A stretch of DNA of 63,782 nucleotides, the filler included, from Aduncisulcus paluster (lineage: Eukaryota), in NCBI GenBank assembly GCA_024181965.1. It is 8 parts of 8 records of this genome, joined end to end, with 100 filler letters (N's around TTAATTAATTAA, not from the genome) between each part and the next. Parts side by side here need not be neighbours in the genome. Positions count along the whole stretch, not along the records: positions 42,350 to 49,273 come from BQXS01012686.1; positions 49,374 to 59,720 come from BQXS01012687.1; 6 more parts are not named here. One strand, written 5' to 3'. This document shows, piece by piece, positions 47,369 through 57,206 of this stretch. The position numbers and the translations under genes are program-made. The notes under the pieces are model-generated. The model searched no databases and was not told where the DNA came from. It saw only the letters and a list, made by a program, of their open reading frames with translations. Position 1 is the first letter of the stretch, and every line of letters starts with the position of its first letter.

Positions 47369-48703
47369 TTACCGCCCGTTTCTAATATTTTTCTTTAACT
47401 GTTGTATATATGTTTGTATTTCATCTTCTTTTTCCTCTTTAAAAATTGTTGGGATGGGAGAATCAATGATATCCGTGATTTTATCGGCTCTATCTTTCAT
47501 ATTTTGTCTCCTAGTAGATAGTTTCAATCTTAGACTCTTTCCAAGGCTTGGAATCTTAGAATGAGATCCTTCGAAATGTTTTTTATCTGATGCGAGATCA
47601 TGTGGAAGTTGGAATGGATTCCTTTGTTTCGAAACATACTCATAGCATCTAGAGATAGATGGCGAAGAAAGAAAGGCCGAATCATCATCATCTTCTTCTT
47701 TTGCGGATATTTCTCCTTTTGACAGCACAAACATATCGTCTTTTAAACCATCTTTAATTTCTCCTCCATCCAAAACATCAATTTCATTGGGGATTGAAGA
47801 GTGGACGATAGTTTCACTGGAATGTGGCGATGGAGCATCTTTTCCAGAGATTGCCGGAATAGACCCATCTATATTTAGATTTCTATGAGAATCTTCAAGA
47901 GAATTCGTATTGGCATCGCTAATTGTGGTTGTTGAAATGATTTGTCCAGTAGTGAGAGTAGAATCTTGCTCATCGCTAACACTACTCTCAAATCGAGCAG
48001 TTAAGTATGCCGGAATTGAAGATTGAGAAAGTTGATGTTTTTGAGGAATGGTTGGGGCAGGATGTGTTGGAAGAATCGGGGCAGGAGGAAGAGAAGGAGG
48101 TGGCGGTGGATTCTTTGGCGGAATTGGTAAAATAAGAGTTGAATTTCTATTTTTAGATATTGATATCACCTTTTCAGATGCCTCAGATTCACCCAGATGG
48201 GATAATCCACGTATGTCCTCCATCTCTTCATCTCTCATCATAATAGGGAGAGTATGGCTCGAAGAAATATCCAATGAAGGCGGAGAATCATAGCATTTAT
48301 GTTCTGTTTTTCGATATGCAATTGGAAATATATCAGTAGAAAGGGAAAGAATAGCCCGTAATGATTTGTTATATGGAGGGGAACTACAAGATCTTTTTTG
48401 ATGAATTTGCGTATTGACAGTACTTAAAGTCCTTTTATGAGTTGAAGAACCTTGATAAATTCCTGATCCAGTTCTTGAATGTGAAGAAATATGAGATTGG
48501 GTATAATAGCTAGAAGGGATGAGTCCTGATGAAGCTGACGGTTTATATTTTCTCCCACATTTTGTTTTATATAATTTTAAAAACTCCTTATCAAACATAT
48601 ACTTAATATTATCCTGATGGAGGGAGGATCGAATTTTTTCAGTCTTTTCACATTTTTTACGCGATTTTATCAATCTTTCATTAATTAACTCTGTCTTTTC
48701 CAT
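47369..48703 (-). CDS. Hypothetical low-complexity protein with a polyproline stretch
   Basis: 444-aa ORF. Confidence 0.65.
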   Translation of the reverse strand: MEKTELINERLIKSRKKCEKTEKIRSSLHQDNIKYMFDKEFLKLYKTKCGRKYKPSASSGLIPSSYYTQSHISSHSRTGSGIYQGSSTHKRTLSTVNTQIHQKRSCSSPPYNKSLRAILSLSTDIFPIAYRKTEHKCYDSPPSLDISSSHTLPIMMRDEEMEDIRGLSHLGESEASEKVISISKNRNSTLILPIPPKNPPPPPSLPPAPILPTHPAPTIPQKHQLSQSSIPAYLTARFESSVSDEQDSTLTTGQIISTTTISDANTNSLEDSHRNLNIDGSIPAISGKDAPSPHSSETIVHSSIPNEIDVLDGGEIKDGLKDDMFVLSKGEISAKEEDDDDSAFLSSPSISRCYEYVSKQRNPFQLPHDLASDKKHFEGSHSKIPSLGKSLRLKLSTRRQNMKDRADKITDIIDSPIPTIFKEEKEDEIQTYIQQLKKNIRNGR

Positions 48704-49076
48704 GCATGATGTAAAAATATAGTTTGTAATTCTATTTCAAACGACACAAACGAGTTTTCAAAATTTAATACCACCGTTGATGGTATGAGAAGCATAACAA
48801 AGGCATAAATATCCATTTTTTTGCAAAAAATACCAATATCTTATTTTATTGCGACATTATTCATCAAGAACAATCGAAAAAAAAATCATTTCATATTCCC
48901 CAATCATTCCCAAGTTTCTAACACTCTCTCCAAAGTTTTCTCATCATTGTTGAGGTATTCTTTTGATTCCCTATCATGTCGAGGAACTTCAATGAATGTC
49001 TCGAACAAAACATTATTTTCAAGACGATCCAACTCTTTCCGGACTTTTGATCGTTCATTTCTAATATATCATTTAA

Positions 49077-49273
49077 TTATTTTTTAGAAAACATCAAAAG
49101 GTAAGAATCAAGCTTCTTGAGATCATCGAATGAAATAGGTTTCACAGATTCATCGTCACAGAGAACCCAATTCCCTTCCCCATCTTTTCTCGAACAGACG
49201 AAATGTCCAGCCTCAATTGTATCACCGACGTGTGATATCACACTTGTCAATTCGTACATATATTGTTTCTTCT
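49077..49273 (-). CDS. Ubiquitin-specific protease (C19) C-terminal His box, 5'-partial
   Basis: YELTSVISHVGDTIEAGHF..WVLCDDESV..SYLLMF. Confidence 0.88.
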
Positions 49274-49373
49274 NNNNNNNNNNNNNNNNNNNNNNNNNNN
49301 NNNNNNNNNNNNNNNNNTTAATTAATTAANNNNNNNNNNNNNNNNNNNNNNNNNNNNNNNNNNNNNNNNNNNN
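49274..49373. other. Artificial contig linker
   Basis: N-TTAATTAATTAA-N. Confidence 0.97.
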
Positions 49374-51102
49374 CAGTATCAATCGATGAACGCTCACACT
49401 CGGACATTATGCATCCACACACGAGATGAGAGGTTAAATTGGACAAGAACACACGAAGAACACCTGACAATTTCTTGAGAAGGCGTACAAGCTCAGCCGA
49501 GGATGATACAGATCCACCGCCTTCACTGCCCTGATGTTCTTCGGCACCACTGAGTTGTGTCTGGCATTCCAAGAGGTCTGCAAGAGATGTGAATAGAGAA
49601 CAAGAATGGGAGGGAACAGGAAAAGAGGAGGAAGAGGAGGAAGAGACGGAAGAGGAGGATGTTGTGAGAGCATGAAGGGAAGAGGATGAAGAAGAAGTGG
49701 AAGATGAGAGAGAAGGGGATGAAATGGCGATTGTTGTCGGAGTATGCAATGACTCAAGGATCTCAATCTTCTTCTTGTAGCCTTCTAAACACTTGGATAC
49801 ACCGAACATATTGAACAGGGTGCCCAAGACTTGCACGAGGGATCTTCTAGCGTTGAGATGAAGAGAGGAGAGAGATTGTGAAGATTGCTGGAATTGATGG
49901 AATGTGGTCGCCAATAGAGGTGAATATGGCATCGTTACACTCACGGCAGAAGACCTTTTTCTGCCTATTTCAGCCACTGCCATAAATTGCACAATATGGG
50001 CAATCCAGGCCTGGATTCTGTCGTGGCACTTGAGAACATCATGAGGGGATATGGAACATGTATCGGGGAAGAACAAAACATCATCGGTCACAGCGTGAGC
50101 ACTGTGATCAGACATTGCCGGAAGAGAAGGTCGAAAGGCTGTAGAATGTGGCAAAAAGATCAAAGAACTCAACGGTGGGGAATCTAATGAGGAGGATGTC
50201 GAAAAAGCAGAGAGAGAAAACGGTAGGAAGGCTAAAAATGACTTGATTTTCTGAAATGGGTTTTGTTTGGACTCATCATATGAAAGAGGCTCCAGCAAAT
50301 GAGTATCTGTGAAAATATATAAGTTTGGAAATGCATGGAGAAGATCATCAGCTGTTAATGGGATATCTGGCTTCTGAAGGATGGGAGAATCGAATGATGG
50401 AGAGGGAGGAATTGATTCCGAGAGTTTTGACATTTTTGGAGCTGTGATGGCCTGAATTTGCAACATGAATAAATTATCCTTGATATTTTGTTCGAAATAA
50501 CTTCCAATAGATTTCTTAGCAATCTGATAATCGAACAAGGGAGAAGAGGAGGATGGTCTTGAAAATACCTGTGAATCAGCAATATCACCAACTTTTGCTG
50601 CCTTTTCTTGTCTCGAGATAATATGTTTCAATAAAATTCCAGCAATATGACAGTGAGACTTGAAATCATTAGGTAGATTCGACAATCTTCTCATTGAATG
50701 AGAAAATACGAGGAGAGTTCTATGTAAATTAACTTTATCAAATTCATCTCCGCGAACAGAGGGAATAAGTTCCGATATGGGGATGTCATCATGAATTTCA
50801 TCAGGTAATACTTCGGCAACTGGAACAATGTGTATATTGAGAGAAATATTAGTTCCAAAACAACTTTTAAGCCCACTTGGGATTGTCGATTTGGAGGTAG
50901 GAAGAGAAGTAGATCCACTAATAACTTCATGGAATTGGCAGGAGCGATAATCATATGGGAAAGAATTTCCAACAATCTTAGCAACCATCTTAATAGCTCT
51001 TCCTGGTTTTCCAATTACAAAAATATCAAAATTCTTTTTCTCAGTTCCTCGACTGATGGAGGACATGTCTGTACCGAAAAGCAATGACCAATTAAAAGAC
51101 AT
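49374..51102 (-). CDS. Hypothetical Ser-rich protein, 3'-partial
   Basis: Open frame from ATG 51102 to the linker. Confidence 0.7.
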
Positions 51103-51326
51103 TTCAAAATTATACCGATTTATCAACAATTAAACTCTGAAAAAATGAAAAGTATATTGAGTCGTCGATTACTTTGCTGCCAAAATAACTTGACATAGCT
51201 CGCGCTAGATTGAGATTTGTTTCTACACATTCATAAATATAAATTGGAATGTAATATATCCTAAACTATTATGACCAGTATATTTTATTGTAGTTCTCAG
51301 CGAATGATTGAAATCAAAAGAACAAA

Positions 51327-51470
51327 TTCAATTTGCGATGCGTCGCAAAGCGACAACATGCAAAAAGATTGTTCAAATTGCACCATCGTGAAAACACGCG
51401 GTGAGTAAAAGTAGTAAAATTGGTAAAATAGAATTATAATCCAGAGGAATGTCTTTGTCTTGGATGTGGT
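51327..51470 (-). ncRNA. Candidate Fanzor omegaRNA 3' scaffold / element right end
   Basis: Directly 3' of the Fanzor ORF; hairpins GTCGC-TTT-GCGAC and TTGCGA-CGCA-TCGCAA; similar copy at 22278-22319. Confidence 0.4.
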
Positions 51471-51922
51471 CGAGGATGATGAAGATCTTGGTGGGAATAA
51501 CAAAATTCTGGAGGTCTTGGGATACCTAGAAACTCATAATAACCAAGATTAGCAATATTTAATGCAGCTAAAGAATCACGGTGGCCTTCATGATGACAAC
51601 CAGGACACTTTCTCAAACGAGTTTTCGGATTCATCATGCCAAGTTTTTGGTAACAATATGGACATAATTTGGAAGTGTGATATTCGTCAACTTTGATAAA
51701 TATCCCACCCATATTCTTTACAACATGTGACATTATTCTTGGAACCTTTCTTACTGCGGGTGTTGCTGGATGTCCCTTTCCTGAAGCTGAAAAGGCCTTT
51801 TTATAGCCTTCCCCGGCATCTCCGTATGCCAAAAGAAAATTAGCACCAATTTTCCTTGCCAATTTAATATGGTCAGACGTGTATTTCATTATTTTCTTTT
51901 CCAGCATTAAATCTCGTCCAAG
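51434..51922 (-). mobile_element. Fanzor (eukaryotic TnpB-like RNA-guided nuclease) C-terminal fragment, 5'-truncated
   Basis: LLAYGD..VDEYHTSKLCPYC..RLRKCPGC..HRDSLAALNI..GIPRPPEF: relocated RuvC-II Glu, Zn finger and RuvC-III Asp; RuvC-I and REC/WED missing. Confidence 0.88.
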
Positions 51923-53342
51923 CCCAATTAAAGGTGCTTATATCTGTGTGGAGAAGGATGATAGTTCACCCTCTCTTCTCTTCACTTTCACCGATTCTGA
52001 TGGTAAGAAGACATCCAAGAAGTATGAATTCATAGAACCTGAACATGAATTTGAATGGCGGTTCCTTCCTATTGATTTGGATAAGGTTGTATCGTGTGAG
52101 ATTGAAGGGAAAGGAATGTGGTGTGATAAGAAGAGTCGAGAGTTCTGGATCAACTCCCTTGTATTTATTAGAGAAGAAACTCCTGAAGAAACCTGGTCTC
52201 GTGAAGCCAAAGAGAAACTATGGTCTGAAGCTCCAGTTGTGACACCAGAGTTTGTTAAGGAAGGTGGTATAAAATCTATTCCCATTCCACGTGACGATCC
52301 AAAGCTTGTAGATCCTTCATTCTCAGTGGTAAAGTGCAAGTGTAATCTGTATAGTAAGGAATCTGAGGAGTATGACCAAAGTGAAGAAGCACAAAGAATG
52401 TTGAAAGGCGAAGATTATGTATACTTATCCCATCTTTCCATCCCTTTCAGATCACCTAGTCCAATTAAAGGTGCTTATATCTGTGTGGAGAAGGATGATA
52501 GTTCACCCTCTCTTCTCTTCACTTTCACCGATTCTGATGGTAAGAAGACATCCAAGAAGTATGAATTCATAGAACCTGAACACGAATTTGAATGGTACTT
52601 CCTTCCTATTGATTTGGATAAGGTTGTATCGTGTGAGATTGAAGAAATGTGGGATGCGAATAAGATTATCTCCCTTGTTTTCATGAGTAGAGAAGATACT
52701 CCTGAAGAAATCATATCTCGTGAAGTCAGAGAGAAACGATGGTCGGCCGCTCCAGTTGTAAAATCTGTGTTTGTTAAGGAAGGCGATTGGAAATCGAAAG
52801 GGAGAGATTCCATTGCCATTCTACGAAAAGAACTAAATCTTGTAGATCCTTTATTTCCAATGGTAAAGTGCAAGAATGATTCGGTGAGTAAGGAATCTGA
52901 AAAGTATGATCAGAGTTCAAGAGCACAAGAAATGTTAAAAGGGGAAGAATATAAACGGGAAGAAGGTGAATTAGAAGATGGTTTCCTCGCCTTATCCCAT
53001 CTTTCCATCCCTTTCAGATCACCTAGTCCAATTAAAGGTGCTTATATCTGTGTGGAGAAGGATGATAGTTCACCCTCTCTTCTCTTCTCTTTCATCGATT
53101 GTGATGGTATGACATCCATAAAGTATGAATTTACAAGACCTAAACATGAATATGAATGGCACTTCCTTCCTATTGATTTGCCCAGCGTTTCATTGTGCAA
53201 GATTGAAGGGAAAGGAATGTGGAGAGAGAAGAGCAGTCGAGAGTTCTGGATCAACTCCCTTGTGTTTACTATGCCAGAGGGATTTTTCCCTGATAACTTC
53301 ATTCCCATTGGCAAAAGGAGGCATTACATGTTCAACATGTGA
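51921..53342 (+). CDS. Repeat-domain family protein (about 2.6 repeats), 5'-truncated at the Fanzor junction
   Basis: SPIKGAYICVEKDDSSPSLLF occurs three times; near-identical DNA at 51925, 52461 and 53028. Confidence 0.8.
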   Translation, partial: SPIKGAYICVEKDDSSPSLLFTFTDSDGKKTSKKYEFIEPEHEFEWRFLPIDLDKVVSCEIEGKGMWCDKKSREFWINSLVFIREETPEETWSREAKEKLWSEAPVVTPEFVKEGGIKSIPIPRDDPKLVDPSFSVVKCKCNLYSKESEEYDQSEEAQRMLKGEDYVYLSHLSIPFRSPSPIKGAYICVEKDDSSPSLLFTFTDSDGKKTSKKYEFIEPEHEFEWYFLPIDLDKVVSCEIEEMWDANKIISLVFMSREDTPEEIISREVREKRWSAAPVVKSVFVKEGDWKSKGRDSIAILRKELNLVDPLFPMVKCKNDSVSKESEKYDQSSRAQEMLKGEEYKREEGELEDGFLALSHLSIPFRSPSPIKGAYICVEKDDSSPSLLFSFIDCDGMTSIKYEFTRPKHEYEWHFLPIDLPSVSLCKIEGKGMWREKSSREFWINSLVFTMPEGFFPDNFIPIGKRRHYMFNM

Positions 53343-53518
53343 AAAGCTATAAACAATTCTTTTTGTGGGAATGTTCCTATTGAAACCATCGCTTTAGTAG
53401 TGTAAGAATTTTGGATTCATCAAGTTTGCTATTAAGCAATCAGATAAAAATAAAAAAATAATAAATGAATAAGGGTATCATAGGATATTAATTTTAACGT
53501 TTTTAGAATATTGAAAAA

Positions 53519-53541
53519 GTCGCAGTGCGACATAGTCGCAA
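53519..53541 (+). repeat. GTCGC/GCGAC double-hairpin motif, copy 3
   Basis: GTCGCAGTGCGACATAGTCGCAA; the first 13 nt are identical to 22293-22305. Confidence 0.55.
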
Positions 53542-53591
53542 AAAAAATTCATCCAAATCAAAATTAGTTGATTGTCCTAAGATTTAAAAGT

Positions 53592-54591
53592 ATGAGTGAA
53601 GATGAGTATGTAATATAATCAAAATAGATAATGAATTATCAAATTATCTTGTTTTTGACCCAATTTACCTTTTTATTGCAGATACAGCGATTTGCCAGAA
53701 TTAGAAAATCCTGGTTTGGATGGATCTTCAAATCCAAATGTTGATTCAAGGGTATACTTAGACCTTGAAGCATTGTATTTGCCTCCATTATCTGCTCCAG
53801 AACCATCAGAATCAAACTGTGATCAAGCTTATGATAAAATGAGAGATGCCATGGAAATTGCCTCGGAACAACCTGAAGATGCAATTGCATTCCTTACAGA
53901 TGCGATAGAATTGGATCCTAAATCCGCAACTTACATTGCGCGTAGGGCTAAAATTCTTCTTGGTCTCTTTAGATCGAAAGCTGCATTGCGTGATGTGAAT
54001 CATGCCATATCATTAAATAATTCATGTGCTTTGGCGCATAAAGTCAAGGGAAAAGCCTTAATAGAATTGGGAGAATATGTTGAAGCCACTAAGAGTTTGA
54101 AGGTAGCATTATCACTTGATTATGATGAAAAGACGGCCCATGAGTTGAAATCTATTGCTAAATTAGTTGAAATGGAAGAAAAGGAGAAAAAAGAGGAGGA
54201 AAAAAGGCAAAAGGCTGAAAAGGAAAAATATACTCATATTCACTCAAAATCCGGGTCTGATAAGGCTCCAGATGATCCTACCAAGGCATTTAAATCAGCT
54301 ATGGAGGAGGAAGTGAAGAAAAATATGTCAAGGAAGTTTGGAATTGACCCTTCGACCGGATCAAATCCTTTTTCGATGCTTGCTGGATTGGCATCAGGCC
54401 AGCTGACTCCAGAAATGATTGCTCAATTAACATCTAATCCGGAAGTAATGCAAGTAATGGCCGATAAATCATTCACTGAGAAACTTAGCTTGGCTGCTGA
54501 TCCATCGAAAGGGCGAACTTTGATGACGGACAAAGATTTCATGAACAAATTAGGAATTATTATGAGATTTATGAATTCTTTCCAAAAATAA
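53592..54591 (+). CDS. ST13: Hsc70-interacting protein-like (TPR plus STI1/DP); exons 53592-53605 and 53682-54591
   Basis: AIAFLTDAIELDPKSATYIARRAKILL..AALRDVNHAISLN..AHKVKGKA..ALSLDYDE; STI1-like tail; intron 53606-53681 GTATGT..GCAG. Confidence 0.75.
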
Positions 54592-54634
54592 ATGAATATC
54601 AAGACAAAATAAATTATTATTATTATTAATATTT

Positions 54635-56176
54635 TTATTCGAGTGATGAAAGTTGAATCTGGTAAGTATTCACATTTCCAACAGGAGAAAGCACGTAGCC
54701 ATCCTCAAAAGTAACGTATTTAGCCTTGTCTTCAGGTTTCTTCCCCTGAATTCCAAGAATATCTTCAATAATCTCCTCAACTTGCTCATCAGACACACCA
54801 TAAAATTCACTGAAGCGAGAGATAGGGAGTTTGCAGTAAAGTCTAAGCCATGAGTCTACAATGATATTCTTACAAATGAAAATGAAATCTTGGGCAACAA
54901 AACACAAGATGGGATCGTATTCTAAACTCTTTGTCATGGGAGCAACCCAAGACTCGGCTTTGTCAAAATCATAATCCTGGAAGGCACTGAGCATAAACGT
55001 GCAGATCTCATCCTCAGCAACACTCTCAGAGTCGATACGGCCACCAACAAGTGGGGCAACGTACTTCCTTGAGTTAAGACGGGTACCCAGGAGCAATGAG
55101 AAAGCAGAGATATAACGAAGACAGTGAGGGGCAAGAGTTTGGAGGGCATTGGAATATTTCTTGTCAGAAATAAGGATATTGTCATCTTTCTTTCCAATAG
55201 TGCCGAAAACAAAGGCGAGAAGGCCACGTTCACAGTAAATGAAAGAGAAACAAATGAGTTCCCACAATCTCGCTCTATGCACGTGTGCAATCATAGGAGA
55301 AATGACACGTTCACGCTCTTCAATAGTATTGCACAAGTCTGCTATCAAACACTCAACATTAGCATATTCATCTTGTTGCAACCGTTCGAACTCACTACGT
55401 TTCTTCTCAGGATCGGTGATATCTTTCAAATGGGCAAAACGCTCAAATTCTTCGGCTTTAGCAATGTCATTGTTAACAAGAGCAAATTCACGGGTGGAGA
55501 GAAGAGATATTTCAAGCTTACCCCACTTGAGAGACAAATAACGCTTAGAATCAACAACAAGGGAGCGAGTATCAGCATAGTCAAGGTAGGTGTATGCTTC
55601 TTCATATCTACCACGTTCAAAGAGAGATTTACAGAGTTTTTCAATGGGTTCACCGATTTCTTCTTCTAATTGGGCACGTTGGTCTCCAGTAATGGCTTTC
55701 TTCAAATCTTTTTCTTCAAGAAGGTCAGAAATCTTGTCTACTTTAGCCTTAAGTTCTTCGATTTGCTTATCAAAAACGTCTCTTTGTTCAAAGATTGATT
55801 TGAGCTCACTTTCGAGTTCACTAACATCTCCACTATCCTTTTTCGCATTTTCTATCTCGAATTCCAAATATTTAATGATATCTTCAAAGAGTTTCGTTTT
55901 TAAGAGAACCTTCTTCCTGGAATCAGAAAAGTCAATAGCACCCTATACGATATCAAGAAAATCAATTTAGAACAACAATAATGAAAAGAGAAAAGAGAAA
56001 TACATGAGTAACGTTGGACAAATAAATATAAAAATATAAGAAATACAATTCAGATCAGATTATAAAAGACGATTGGTAATAATGATAGAACATACTCCCC
56101 GCTCTTCAAGTATATCAAAGCTACTAAGCACAAGGTGCGGATTCATGTGACTAAACAATGTTTGAATCCCTTTCAT
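54635..56176 (-). CDS. EIF3E: Translation initiation factor eIF3 subunit E; exons 56096-56176 and 54635-55942
   Basis: HMNPHLV, LSLKWGKLEISLL, HRARLW, YSNALQTLAPHCLRYI, YDFDKA, PCI domain; intron 55943-56095; start codon tentative. Confidence 0.88.
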
Positions 56177-56404
56177 ATCCACTATTCGATCCAGACAATG
56201 AATACAAAATCCTTTGCCTTGATTCACGCCCAAAATAGACTAGGTTAGAAGGCATAGGAGATACAACAAATTAATATTTAATATTAAAATTAATTGATAA
56301 CAAAAATAATAAAATGCCCTCTTGTCAATCCACAAATATTATGGAGTTGTCTGAACCTAGATGGACGTTTTTTTGCCCTACAAAATACATTTCCAACATA
56401 TACA

Positions 56405-57126
56405 ATGAATTATTCCAAAATAGGACTCGAAACCCACGAAAAAATGATGAAGGTTGTATGTTTTTGTTTTATATCACGACATTATTTTCGATGTGGTATT
56501 TTTCATTATTTGTTATTTATTTTCTATTTTATTGTTGTTCTTGATTCGAAAATAATTAGAACGCAGAATTATTTTTGCTTACTTATGGAGCTATTGTGGC
56601 TCAAATTATTGAAGATAAAAAAGATATAAAGGAAGCGAATGAAACATTATTGAAATATGGTATGGCCATTGGTAATCGCTTAGTGGATGATTTTTTATCC
56701 AAAACAGATTTAGAAACTGGTGTTACTGGCAAGCCTGAGGCGATTACTCAAGCAATTGCCAAAGCTGGATTTAAAGCATATTTAGGACTTACTGCAGACG
56801 CTAAATTCATCAAAGGGGATGAAATGGAGGATGGTATTGAACCGAGTCGTGAACATAAAGATCGTGCTATTATTGAATTTCCTGGGAAAGCTGATCGTGG
56901 GAAAATGTGTCCCGTTTCTGCTTTTGTTGACATTCCCGAACATTTACGTGGGCTTCAATATTGGGGTATTATCGTTGGTGTTATGAAAGGAGCTTTAAAA
57001 ATGTTAGATATTCCTGTTGAAATTGAAGTAACAAAAGATAGTTGTGTTGGAGATACGAAGACAGAATTTACGATATACTTTGATAAAATGTTAACTCACA
57101 CGTATGAAGGAAGGAAAATTGAATAA
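56405..57126 (+). CDS. TRAPPC3: TRAPP subunit Bet3; exons 56405-56455 and 56560-57126
   Basis: KV|NAELFLLTYGAIVAQI..GMAIGNRLVDDFLSK..FKAYLG..FVDIP..GVMKGALKM; intron 56456-56559. Confidence 0.92.
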
Positions 57127-57206
57127 AATAATTGTTGAGAGAATCGCATCTTTCTGAGTTTTATGATGATTGTCGATGATAGAAATTGACTTTTCTCTGA
57201 GATTCA

